DNA from: Octopus bimaculoides
Lineage: Eukaryota
Reading direction: 5' to 3'
Length of the DNA: 48,646 nt
Assembly: GCF_001194135.2 (NCBI RefSeq)
Contig: NC_068986.1
Location: 113,263,710 to 113,312,355, forward strand
Both the position numbers and the translations under genes were made by a program. This document shows positions 1 through 11,129 of the stretch, piece after piece; the stretch's first letter is position 1; every line of letters begins with the position of its first letter. The notes under the pieces were generated by a model. The model made no database searches, was not told the origin of the DNA, and worked only from the letters and a program-made list of their open reading frames with translations.

Positions 1-1
1 T

Positions 2-343
2 TGTGGTTACCTTCATTGATAATGCCAGCTGTAAAAGTCCTCGGCCTCCTTCTTTTCTTGGCAGATAAAGACGTTCTATATCTGCCTTAGGGTGGTGCAT
101 TCTATGCATTGTCAACAGTTTTCGTATTTTTCTGTCAACATTACATATTTCAGTAATTGACCAGTTAACTATGTTGAAACTGTAAGTCACGACTGGTATG
201 GCTAGAGCATTGATCGCTTCGATCCTGTTTCTCGCGTTCAGCTCTGTCTTCAGTATTGCTCTCACCCTGCGATAACATTCTCTTCTGATCCTTTCCCTCA
301 TCACTGAGTGCTTGATATTGTCCCCTTCAATTACCCCTAGGTA
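2..343 (-). mobile_element. 5'-truncated R4/Dong-like non-LTR retrotransposon fragment (end of RT/thumb region); runs off the window start
   Basis: Manual translation of the reverse complement gives 114 stop-free codons: YLGVIEGDNIKHSVMRERIRRECYRRVRAILKTELNARNRIEAINALAIPVVTYSFNIVNWSITEICNVDRKIRKLLTMHRMHHPKADIERLYLPRKEGGRGLLQLALSMKVTT. YLG, AIPVVTYSF..W, DRKIRKLL and RLYLPRKEGGRGL are typical of RLE-clade (R4/Dong) LINE proteins. Missed by the ORF track because no upstream start is included. Confidence 0.9.
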
Positions 344-390
344 ATTATTATTATTATTGTTGTTATTATTATTATTATTATCATTATGAT
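344..390. repeat. (ATT)n/(TAA)n microsatellite between two LINE pieces
   Basis: Directly visible imperfect ATT run. Confidence 0.95.
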
Positions 391-560
391 ATTTTGACTT
401 TCGCTTTGCATTTGTACAAGTTGGCTCCAAGTCTCACCCAAAAACCTCAAGAGACACAAAAGTTAGAAGTTCAAGTTGGTGTTTTGGCTAGGGTATCATA
501 TATTTGGTTTTGCACATAGTATTGTTCGAAAGAATTTTCAGAAAACATGAGAAAATTGTT
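391..560 (-). mobile_element. Probable 3' UTR of another Dong-like LINE copy ending in the (TAA)n at 344-390
   Basis: Non-coding segment that ends exactly at a (TAA)n run on the minus strand, like the other Dong 3' ends here. Family assignment is from recollection of octopus repeats and is unverified. Confidence 0.4.
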
Positions 561-1192
561 ATTATTGGTGTTGCTGTTGTTGTTTCCCGTAGCTTAATAT
601 GCACTTTCTCTTTTATTCCTCACGAGACCAGCGAGCATATAGAATTTTCTCAATTTTATTCTCACTAGGTTGCGCTGTCGACTCATACGTTACCGTCAAC
701 CTGTCTGACCCTTTGTATGTGCCAAATATGCAGAATTTCACTCGTCTTATAAATACTCCAAAACGTATCATCAGATACGACTGAATGTGATAGTACGTTA
801 ATTTGAGATGAAGCAGGCAGAATTGCTGACATTTCTAAGAAGAGAATCTTAAAGCAAGATATTCTTCGTCTTATTATCGTTTGTGACATCTTAAGATAAA
901 TTCAATGTCATTGTTCGACCATAAATATATTTCTGCTATGATCTTACGGATTGATTAAATAATGGAGAGTGACATTTGATGATATTTAGAGCACTTTACT
1001 CCTCTTCAGCATCGGAGAAGCCCCCATTGGTTTAATAGAAGGTTCTTCGAGCAACTGCATTGCTGAAGCAACAATCTTTTTTTTTTCTACAGCAATATTC
1101 AATACAGTTCTATATTTAAGAGATGAGGGATTATGCACATTATTTACATTATTTACATTTGACAGATATTTGTCCTCATCTTGTTTGCGTAC

Positions 1193-1227
1193 GGGCATAT
1201 GGCGTAGTGGATAAGAGCGCGGGCTAC
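1193..1227 (+). mobile_element. tRNA-derived SINE 5' head fragment (A box only)
   Basis: GGGCATATGGCGTAGTGGATAAGAGCGCGGGCTAC contains TGGCGTAGTGG, matching the Pol III A box TRGCNNARYGG. No B box follows; the sequence passes into (ATA)n. Confidence 0.55.
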
Positions 1228-1299
1228 ATAATAATAATAATGTGTAGACAGTAGAACTGACATGTACAAATGAATTTTGCAGAAACATGAAAGTATACA

Positions 1300-2030
1300 G
1301 AGACAGTGTACAGGGAGACCAGCTCTCTCTCCATTATTATCCGCCATTAAGTTTATCGTTCTTGCAAGTCTACTGAGAAAATCCAGTCTGTCCAGGAATT
1401 TAGCAATAACAAGTTGATGGCTTAGAATTTGTACAAGGTAACATCATCAGATCGTTGTGGAATAATGAGGGATACAAATAATTAAGGTGTGCAGCAAGTC
1501 TATAAGATAACGGGAGCGGAAATGAGAGAAAATCTCTAATGAATACAACAGAAGATTTAAGAAGGTGCTCTAAGCTAAATTAAATGCCGGTATCAAGATA
1601 TTCCCCAGTCTTTCTGAAATGGACGAGGCCAAGCTACAAAACTCGCGCAGGAGAAACAGAAAGCTGTTCAAAATACACAACGCACACCGTCCTAAGAGTA
1701 TTACCTACGGACAGAGCCTGCAAGAAAGTTGGTAGATGATTATTAAACACCGAAGATGTCGTTAGTAGAGCGATATTGGGGTTGAAAAGTTGTTGTGAGT
1801 GGGGATGAAAGCATACGTTTCGTAGGCTGAGATTCCGAAAAAGGGATTGAAGTAGTATGAGAATTCAAGAAGAGAGGGGGAGAACAACAGAGCAAGCAGA
1901 TGGAAAGAAATGGAATTATCTAACCAACTCATGCAGCAAAACCGAAGTAAAGAACGCTGGCTGGCTGACGGAGGGAAACTTCGAACGAGTGGACGAAATG
2001 CTGATAGCAGCCATCAGGAGATCTGAGGAG
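1300..2030 (+). mobile_element. Heavily degraded R4/Dong-like LINE fragment (RT C-terminal half and downstream region)
   Basis: Frameshifted motifs: VQGD.LSPLL (~1305-1340), KLNAG (~1577), RKLFKIHNAHRPKS (~1660-1695) and WLTEGNFERVDEMLIAA (1960-2012). These resemble the QGDSLSP, DRKTRKL and WLxxGxLKxETExLIxAAQ motifs of this clade. Confidence 0.7.
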
Positions 2031-2117
2031 ACTAGTTAACAAGCAGCAGGATAACATTCCTGCTATATAAATTGGAATTTAGCATTTTGATAAAAATAAT
2101 AATAATAATCCACTGTA

Positions 2118-2318
2118 GCATAGACACAAGTCATATGAAAATTTGAGAGAAGAGATATTTAATTACATCGACAAAAGTGTTCAACTGCAAATTGTATTAT
2201 CGTAGCCGAACGAAGAATTGCGAATTTGTCGTCCGTAGCAGTTAAACGCAGAACATAAAGCGTCGGAAGAAATATTGCTGAGAATTTTGTCGTGCGTTCC
2301 GACGATTCTGCCAGCTTA
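2118..2318 (-). mobile_element. Degenerate SINE of the window's main family
   Basis: Reverse complement begins AAGCTGGCAGAATCGTC..., homologous to the heads at 37672 and 38252. Confidence 0.7.
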
Positions 2319-2403
2319 GAACCTTAACAACAACAACAACAAAACAACAACAACAATAATAATAATAATAATGATAAAAATAATAATAATAATAATAACA
2401 GCC

Positions 2404-2610
2404 ATTTCTCCTATAGGCTTAAGGCCTGAAATTTTGGGGGAGCGTGTTAGTCGATTACATCGACTCCAGTGCTCAAATGGTACTCATTTTATCGACCACG
2501 AGAGGATGAAAAGCAAAGTCAATGTGGGCGGATTGTGAATACGGAACGCAAAGGCGGACAAATGCCGTGAAGCCTTTTGGCTGACGTGTAAATGATACTA
2601 CCAGCTTGCC
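2404..2610 (-). mobile_element. SINE of the main family, tail type 2, followed by a (TTA)n(TTG)n tail at 2327-2400
   Basis: Body (ATCGAC...GGATGAAAAGCAAAGTC on +) and tail (CCCCAAAATTTCAGGCCTT...CCTATAG on -) match the copy at 37906-38100. Confidence 0.8.
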
Positions 2611-2914
2611 AGGCTTCGTAATAACATCAACAATATGGATGATGACGTCAACGACGACGACGACGACGATGATGATGATGATGATAGTGACGACGCCGAT
2701 GATATCAGCAACAAAAGCATTATTAATGATTGTGAGAATATATACACTTATCGTATCGTTGCGTTCATTTCAAGATTTATGAATATTTGATGCTTGTTTC
2801 ACTATCAATTCATTAAACTGGCTAAACCAATTAGTTATGATGTGATGTATGAGTTTATGTTTTTCTATGCCTGCGTTTGCTGTATAAGTTTCACGGAAAG
2901 AATTGTGTCTAATG

Positions 2915-2918
<4 letters not shown>

Positions 2919-2974
<56 letters not shown>
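2919..2974. repeat. (TA)n microsatellite
   Basis: Directly visible; explains the YIYIYI ORFs at 2794 and 2916. Confidence 0.98.
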
Positions 2975-2976
<2 letters not shown>

Positions 2977-3129
2977 AGTGTGTGTATATGGGTGTGTATG
3001 TATGTAAGTGTGTGCGTGTATTTCGATCAGTAACGAATGATTGCTGCATCAACACCTCCACCCACCGAAGCTCCAGGAGATATACTTCTAATTATGGTTT
3101 CTTAATTAGGAATGAAGTTTAGATTCACT

Positions 3130-3560
3130 TATAAAGGATGTGAGAACGTTTGCAATACTCGATCGTGTAAGTTTTCTAGCCGTGGGCGAAATCATCTTCA
3201 GTACGTCTTCTGAAAGCGGTATTGTGGTCGGTTGTCTGCCCTTGGCATCACATGTCTTGTATCTGATTCTACTTGTAGAGTAGTATGGTGGAAGGATCTA
3301 TAGTAGTTATTGAAAGTGTAGAGGGGTGGTAGGGTTAGTGGTGGACCGAGCGCAGTGCTGAACCACATCCAACGATGCTATATATCTTGTGTAACGTCCA
3401 TGTATTTGGTATATTCGTTGTAGCGGGGAAATAGGGTTTAAAGAGATGGTCAACTGGTAGAATTGTCAACGCATCATCGGACAAAATGTCTAACTACATA
3501 TCTTCTGGCCCTCAGCTCAAAGCCCACTGAAGACAATTCGTTCGTCCATTTCTCCGTCAT
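3130..3560 (-). mobile_element. Possible very old Penelope-like element 3' remnant
   Basis: Only faint ATT...WTL..YSI similarity to the C-terminal part of Penelope GIY-YIG domains; many stops and frameshifts. Confidence 0.25.
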
Positions 3561-4329
3561 CGATAAAATAAAGTACAATTCAACATTGCTGGCTTTGACC
3601 CTGCCGCTAACCGGTTTCTTGTTCAGGGCATAAGTTGCAAACTAATTCATTTATAGGCTATGACAACCGAGGAACGGACCTTGTGAGTTCTAAGGCTCAA
3701 ACAAAAATGATAGATGTTCTATAGTAATAATGAAGGCGCAGGTCGATGGAATAAGTCCTTGATGTGCTGATATGGACTCCATTTTTGTGGTGCGTCTGTA
3801 TCTGTGGTACATTGATGAACAGGATGTATGGCTCGGTAGGGAGGCAAGCATAACCATGGGTAGAGGGTAGTCTCTAGAACCATGGGTAGAGACTAGTCTC
3901 TAGAGGGTAGTCTCTAGGGTAGTCAGGCGTTGGCGTTTGGTATGTAGTTTGGTTTTATTAGAGTAGAGTAGAGTTGTTTTTTGGTCTAACGATCGCCTAG
4001 ATAAAACGTTATGTTGTATTTTCTACTGTGTGAGAGATACAAGTGACATGTATACATATTTCGCCATCACAACACTTGTTCCACTCCAAATAACAGACCA
4101 GATAACACAACAATACATTTGAACACTGCTATAGACATCACGTCGTCAAAGAGTTCCACATGGCCAAAATCGACTTTTATTTATCGCTACATTTGTTTCG
4201 TTGTAGTTTAATTGTTTTAGTTGCTTAATGAAGATATGGCTCAGCACGCGGCTTAATTGGATATTGCTCTTGCTCTTAAACTGTTGTGCAATGCAATGCT
4301 ACATATAACTTTATTGTACTAAGTAACAT

Positions 4330-4527
4330 ATTGGTTCCCAATTTAAGCAAAAGATCAGCAGGTTCGGGGGATGGGCTAAGCCGATTACATTGAGCCTAGT
4401 TCTCAACTGGTAGTTATTTTATCGACCCCGAAGTATGAAAGGCAAAGTTGACCTGAGCAGAATTTGAACTGAGGGCAAAATGCCGCTAAAAGCTTTCTCT
4501 GGCGTGCTAATTATTCTCCCCGCTCGA
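4330..4527 (-). mobile_element. SINE of the main family, tail type 3
   Basis: ATCGACCCCGAAGTATGAAAGGCAAAGTTGACC...AATTTGAACT is the reverse complement of the SINE body seen at 37740-37800. Confidence 0.8.
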
Positions 4528-5312
4528 CGTCTAAGCAAATTATTACCGTAACTTTATTTGTCACATCGTTGTCACATAATGCGGTAGAATAAATTGCTGA
4601 CCATTTAGCCCGACTGACTCTTCAAGGAGGTTACCTCACAATGATGACATACTGGTTTCCATTGCATTTAGTGCATCTAAGACAAGTGTCTTTTGCCATA
4701 GTTTCGAGAAGAATAAAAATTTGCAAATGGATATCAGTTAACAGAAAAATCATTAGATACCTATCCCATGGTCTATACCTGTTATTTAAAGATCCCGTCA
4801 TGTCAAATTATCTAACCCTGGTTCCGCTAGTGAGATAAGATTCACGCTTGCAGGTTTCAGCCAATTAGACATTAAATCAGCGAGAAAGTAAATCAATTCA
4901 TAGAACAATACACATGATCTAAAAGCGATGGTTATCCATTTAATGACTCATCACGTTTATCGGTTACAAGATAAGCTATAAATTAAATGTTAATCTATTT
5001 AATGCACCACGCATAAAGAACCTATTTTGGAATAAATTATATGGTAATGAAAACGCACCATTAATACTGTATTATATGTAAGGGAGACAAATCCCGATAT
5101 ATTTCGGGAGTATTATAAATCATTCTAATCATTAAAAAGTGTAAATATTCAATGTCTTCGCATCGCAATCGCTTCAAATTCAACATTGGTCAAGAATAAA
5201 TTGCGTAGCTCCTGCGTTGACAAAGACGAATGTTAGGTTTTATTTCGACCCATTTCTGTTGTGATTAAAACATATCTAGGGAAGAATTTGTTCCGTTCTT
5301 CATATCTAGCTA

Positions 5313-5319
5313 GCATCAT

Positions 5320-5364
<45 letters not shown>

Positions 5365-5422
5365 TGCTATTATTATTATTAATATTATTATTATCATTAT
5401 TATTATTATTATTATTATTATT
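5313..5422. repeat. Compound (CAC)(CAT)(TAT)n microsatellite; the TAT part is the (TAA)n tail of the LINE at 5424-5890
   Basis: Directly visible. Confidence 0.95.
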
Positions 5423-5423
5423 G

Positions 5424-5890
5424 AAGACGTCGCACGGTATCCAATATTGTGATGTTTATTGAAGATATTGTATCTACCGGGGGTTTTACTGTCTCTCAAG
5501 TCACAAGAACCTGGTGCAGACAGCATTTAACACAATATGCGACCAGTTCAAAATAAAATCGATTCTTGCAATACACCAACAGTGTAGGTTATTTCTAAAG
5601 TGTTCAGATGTTTCTTGAGTTTGGGTGGTATTGAACCCCATGCTCCGATGACAACAAGGACAACCTCTATGTTTGACTCTCGTAGATGGCACATAATATG
5701 TTGATACCCTGGCTCTGTCACCTCAATTATTGGTTACTCTTGTTTCTCCCTCCTAAAAGTTACTATATCGGAACTTCGGTGCTCTAATAATTTATCTCGA
5801 TGTCTGAGTCCCAGAAGAACTTTGCTTTCCCGTTTTTTTTCCCATTACATTTTCTGGGGTACGTTGGTACGTTGAACCGCTTATCTCGTA
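5424..5890 (-). mobile_element. Degraded R4/Dong-like LINE 3' end (restriction-like endonuclease domain and 3' UTR)
   Basis: Minus-strand translation across frameshifts: PENVM..KAKFFWDSDI..DKLLEHRSSDIVTF...IIEVTEPG...EVVLVVIGAWGSIPPKLKKHLNTLEI...VLQESILF*TGRIL. This corresponds to the LWD, HRRPDIV, IIDV.VP, VVIGALG and LQKS.LLGTA.IL RLE motifs. It ends in (TAA)n. Confidence 0.85.
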
Positions 5891-6329
5891 TATTTCAGGT
5901 GTAATATATATGCCCTGATGCAATACCAGGCAATGGCTCTCATGCCTTCTGATCTTAACTGATTGGAAGTGTTAACATGTACATTGTTTTGTCTTGGTCT
6001 ATAAGGAGGGCTACATCAAATATTCAGCTCAGTGCCACAGATTTTCACGTCAAATGCTTGACGTTAATAACCTTTATATTTCGGGCGCAAAGTCTTATTC
6101 TCAGAACGAATAGTCAAAGAAATGTATGTTTATATATATTCTGCCGTCTTGGCTAACGGGATGGGAAGTGACCCCGTTTTACTCCTGTGATTGTGCTAGG
6201 AGTAGCAACTCCCCAAATGGCAGACAACAACGGGGGTGGAGGATCCACCACCATTTCATCTTGAAGATTGAAAAATGTTTCCTGGACTCGAATCCATAGA
6301 GTGAGGATCCTTAGTATCATGAAGTGTCC

Positions 6330-6630
6330 AGTTCTTCAAAGAAAGTCATGGACAACAAACGAATCGTGTGCAGCTATGTTGTTCGGCTGAAGTAAAGAGA
6401 ATTTCATTGTCGGGTGACATCCGGTGATATACTTGTTTAATATCTCCGGACATCTACGCAAGTACGTTGATCGTTGTATCACGAAGGAGATCAATCTAAC
6501 GTCCAATAAACAGACGATGAAGAAATTCTTACAATTCGAGCGACTCTACTGAAAGACCTTGGATCTTCTTGCGATGGATTCGTTATTTCGATTTCAGGAT
6601 GATACACCGAGACACATCGCGCTCTAATGA
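6330..6630 (+). mobile_element. Possible degraded Tc1-like transposase fragment
   Basis: FQDDTPRHIAL at ~6592-6625 resembles the FQxDNAxxH second-aspartate motif; other motifs are barely recognisable. Confidence 0.3.
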
Positions 6631-6644
6631 CTGCTTTCAAAACA

Positions 6645-6645
<1 letters not shown>

Positions 6646-6696
<51 letters not shown>

Positions 6697-6730
6697 CATC
6701 TATCTATATATATATATATATATATATATA
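6646..6730. repeat. (TCTA)n(TA)n compound microsatellite
   Basis: Directly visible. Confidence 0.95.
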
Positions 6731-7297
6731 TGCATGTATGTATATATTTATGTATGTATATGTATGAACAACCGTATGTCTAAATAAATGTATGCATATA
6801 GATGTATACACGCATATATACATGCCTTCGCAAATACATAGATACATACGTATTCGTTACGCCGTGAACACTCTTGATACAGTATCAAATCAAAATTGTA
6901 TTCCGTGCATCATATACAAAATTACAAACACGTTGAAAGGCATAATTTTATATGTCTATATATAAGTTAATAACCCGCGAAAGTTCCGGACCCTAGTTGT
7001 GAACTCATTTGCATGCAGCCAATCAGAGTTCAACAATCAAACTAATTTATGAGAGCCTAACTAGTGATGGACGATAAAATTAGGTCACTCAGGTAAGGAA
7101 TGACCTTAATTCTTTTCGCTTTTAATAATGCTTGGATATATTGAAACGTGTTTTTACGTTAGTTCGAATTAACTCTAGGACTGGTTAAGGAAAATACATT
7201 TACCCATTAAAAGTCTACTTAAAGGGAAACTAAACTAGTAAAATTTCACTGTTCATATCTAAACAAATATATTGTTTTTTAATATTTCACCGGGAAA

Positions 7298-7725
7298 TTA
7301 GCAAAATTGGGCAAAAAAGAAAGGAAACTATGCTAATTTACATTTTCTAGTAAATTGTGCAAATTGGCCACACTGATGACATGATGGGTGGAGCACTCCA
7401 TTTACGTTGTACATATAATTTCATATTTTTTCAATTTTCTTGCGAGATACACATTTCTGACCCCCATAGACAAAACATGTTGTGTAGTAGGCAATTCCTC
7501 GGAACATACCCTGAATAATCCATTGAAGGCCAATGGAAAATGTGCGTTATAGCAGAATCTGTTCTAAACCGGTAAATAGGGGTGACAAGTATGAAATTTA
7601 GTGTATAAAGGGAAGGGAGAGATGCTCATTGATGATGACATAGGTGTTGCCAATTTGCGTAACTTACTAGAAAACGATTCGCATGGCAATCTGAGGTCTC
7701 CCTTTTGAATGCCAACTTTTGTTAA
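7298..7725. mobile_element. Old fold-back/MITE-like element with long degenerate inverted repeats
   Basis: 7343-7373 matches the reverse complement of 7644-7674 at 27/31 nt; weaker inverted similarity extends outward to ~7298/7725 and inward. Confidence 0.65.
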
Positions 7726-7967
7726 CTGCACAACAAGGTCAAGGTGAGCTCTGATTGGCAGTATCCCATACCAGACAAGTAGTCATGATAGATATATTGG
7801 GCTTCGTGATTTTGTACCCCAGAGTCACTTTGATGACGCGTGCTGCCCTCTCGTTCCATAATAATGATGATGATTTGAGCTGTAGTTATAATTACGATAC
7901 AAGCAATGTATATTTTTTAATTAAATAATGTTATCTCACATTCACTTTTCCGAAACAGCAGTTACAC

Positions 7968-8280
7968 TGGCAGCAGCACCAGCAGCACCAATAATGGTAG
8001 TAGCAGTGGTGGTAGTAGCAGCAGTGGTAGTAGCAGTAGTGGTAGTGGCAGCGGCAGCAGCAGCAGCAGTAGTAGCTACAACAACAAAGATGTGTTTAAG
8101 AAATAAAGCTTAAGCAAAAAGATTTTAAAAAGTGTATAACATCACTATTTCAGCAACGATAACGAGAAAAAAAAAATTAGAATAAATAATGCAGCTGCAG
8201 CAGCAACGACAGCAGCGGCAATAACAACAACAACAACATCAAAAACAACAACAACAACAACAACACCAAAAACAACAACA
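7968..8280. repeat. (GCA/GTA/CAA)n trinucleotide low-complexity tract
   Basis: Directly visible; explains the poly-A/V ORF at 7928. Confidence 0.9.
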
Positions 8281-9610
8281 AGGAACAGGAGTAACATTAA
8301 AAACAAAACGAAGAAGAACGGAGATGGATTTCATCGGATTAAATATTTAATTCATGGAAATGTCAATAGATTTACAGGTTCATCGGTGCTTCGTCATTTC
8401 CACATCGCTCTTTTACTTTCATGCAATTATGTAACACTTTACGTTTTTCTTATCGTTGTTGTTGTTGTTGTTTGTGGTGTTGTTATTGTTGTTGCTGCTC
8501 GTGTAATTCTTGTATATTTTTGTCATTCTTTTCACTCATCGTGTGTTCTACGGGTTGAGATTTAAGACTCCTCTCTCTTTCCGTCTCTGTCTCATCATTT
8601 CATTATTACACAGAAACGCATACACACACATGTATGTATATAAGTGTGTGTGTATGTATGTATATATTTATGTATATATGTATATACACATATGTATTTA
8701 TATATATACATGTATACATCTCTCTTTCTCCCTCTCCCTCTCTCTCTCTATATATATATATGTGTATATAGATATGTGTATATATATATACACATATGCG
8801 TACGAATATATATGTATATATGTATATATACATATATATATANNNNNNNNNNNNNNNNNNNNNNNNNNNNNNNNNNNNNNNNNNNNNNNNNNNNNNNNNN
8901 NNNNNNNNNNNNNNNNNNNNNNNNNNNNNNNNNNNNNNNNNNNNNNNNNNNNNNNNNNNNNNNNNNNNNNNNNNNNNNNNNNNNNNNNNNNNNNNNNNNN
9001 NNNNNNNNNNNNNNNNNNNNNNNNNNNNNNNNNNNNNNNNNNNNNNNNNNNNNNNNNNNNNNNNNNNNNNNNNNNNNNNNNNNNNNNNNNNNNNNNNNNN
9101 NNNNNNNNNNNNNNNNNNNNNNNNNNNNNNNNNNNNNNNNNNNNNNNNNNNNNNNNNNNNNNNNNNNNNNNNNNNNNNNNNNNNNNNNNNNNNNNNNNNN
9201 NNNNNNNNNNNNNNNNNNNNNNNNNNNNNNNNNNNNNNNNNNNNNNNNNNNNNNNNNNNNNNNNNNNNNNNNNNNNNNNNNNNNNNNNNNNNNNNNNNNN
9301 NNNNNNNNNNNNNNNNNNNNNNNNNNNNNNNNNNNNNNNNNNNNNNNNNNNNNNNNNNNNNNNNNNNNNNNNNNNNNNNNNNNNNNNNNNNNNNNNNNNN
9401 NNNNNNNNNNNNNNNNNNNNNNNNNNNNNNNNNNNNNNNNNNNNNNNNNNNNNNNNNNNNNNNNNNNNNNNNNNNNNNNNNNNNNNNNNNNNNNNNNNNN
9501 NNNNNNNNNNNNNNNNNNNNNNNNNNNNNNNNNNNNNNNNNNNNNNNNNNNNNNNNNNNNNNNNNNNNNNNNNNNNNNNNNNNNNNNNNNNNNNNNNNNN
9601 NNNNNNNNNN

Positions 9611-9642
<32 letters not shown>

Positions 9643-10180
9643 TATTTAGAATGGAAACTCCGTCCGCTAATGGTGCCTTGGCTCGTTAGTTTCCAAGGGT
9701 TTTGAGGTGAGTGTGAAACCACTATTATCCCCAGGTCTGCACTGACTAGGAATAGTAGCAACTTTCTGGCTCCCATCTATGAGTTAACTAGTATATGATA
9801 CCAACTGCTTCGTCTACACCGATGATCGACCGTGACTTGATCAGCAAATCCTTTGCGACAATCGACAGTCGATGGAAAGATTAACTGGAGAGGGGTCACA
9901 GTATCTCAAAGTGTGGATGCATATAACCGTGGACCATAAGTGAACTTGTATTCTCACTGAATCTCCGAACAAGAACCCTATCCATACACAGCGAATGACC
10001 TCTCCTGTTACGGCTACAGTATCTGCACAATTCGATGCACTCGCTTCCCCAGCGAGACATCAGGCCGTCAGTTGGATTTGGTCAGCATTCATGATGGATG
10101 GAGTGAAGTCTTTGGTTGGAACTACCTCAACCCACCCTTGTGAAGGTTGCCGCTTGTACAAGTAAATAAATTTCAACTCG

Positions 10181-10400
10181 AGCGGTGAGGTACCAAAATC
10201 GTTAGCATGGCGGCCAAACTTCTTAGCGGGAATCCGTTAGTCTTTATATGGTGAGTTCTTATTCCCCCGAGATGGACTTAGCCTTTTATCCTTTCGGAGT
10301 AGATGAAAATAAGTAGCAGTTGAGCAGTAGAGTTGAGGTCCCTGGCTTACACCCTCCCTCGAGTTGCTCGACTTGTGCCAAAATCTGGAACCGATATTAT
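10181..10400 (+). mobile_element. Degenerate SINE of the main family, tail type 3
   Basis: GCGGTGAGGTACCAAAATCGTTAGC head, GCCTTTTATCCTTTCGGAGTAGAT body and CTTGTGCCAAAATCTGGAACC tail. Confidence 0.7.
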
Positions 10401-11061
10401 CCTTTTAATGATGAATATTCTTGGAATATTGTTGATAATTAATGGTTTCCAATTGAAGCATAAGAACTGCAATTTTCACTAACGAGTGTTTGTCGAATGA
10501 ATCGGGAAAAATACAAAAATGGAAGATTATTTTAACGAATCTGATGCGCACAAAAGGAGAAACTAGCCTCAGCTGGATTTCAACACAGAATGTAAAGAAG
10601 CGGAACGTATACAAAAGACAATTCAACGTTTCCGCTAATAAATATTTTATGAGATATACTAACAATTTGTTATATTTTATCATATTAGAGTTTCTCATTG
10701 TTTCTATTAGAGGCAGGACTTAATTTTAATAAAAGCAACGTTAATAGGATTAGTACTACAGCCGCTACGACGACTATTATTACTATGCTTATTATTAATT
10801 TTATTGCTGTTATTAGTATTGTTGTTGTTGTTGTTGATGATGCTATTGGTGTTGTTTTTATACTTATGAGAATTATTGGTGTGAATAGTCGTCTTAGAGA
10901 TGATGGATTTATTTATGTTATTAATCAGTAATATTTAATCCGCCGTTAATGCAGGAAGAACGTTGCTTATCTCGGAAACAGCAGCGAGACTAGGTATGCA
11001 CAGACTCACACACATACCAAATCGCAACCACCTGCAAACACCACTCCACCCCATCTACACA

Positions 11062-11129
<68 letters not shown>

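Noticed and set aside
600-1100. Protein-like minus-strand frame (NGGFSDAEEE...QKYIYGRTMTLNLS...)
   Set aside because: Stop density is about that expected for random AT-rich DNA and no family motif was recognised.
4632-4677. Possible minus-strand exon encoding CTKCNGNQYVIIV
   Set aside because: A CxxC plus AG/GT boundaries in ~45 nt is easily produced by chance; no partner exons.
9640-10150. GC-richer block that looks like an old retroelement
   Set aside because: No interpretable protein motif or in-window homolog, so it cannot be classified.
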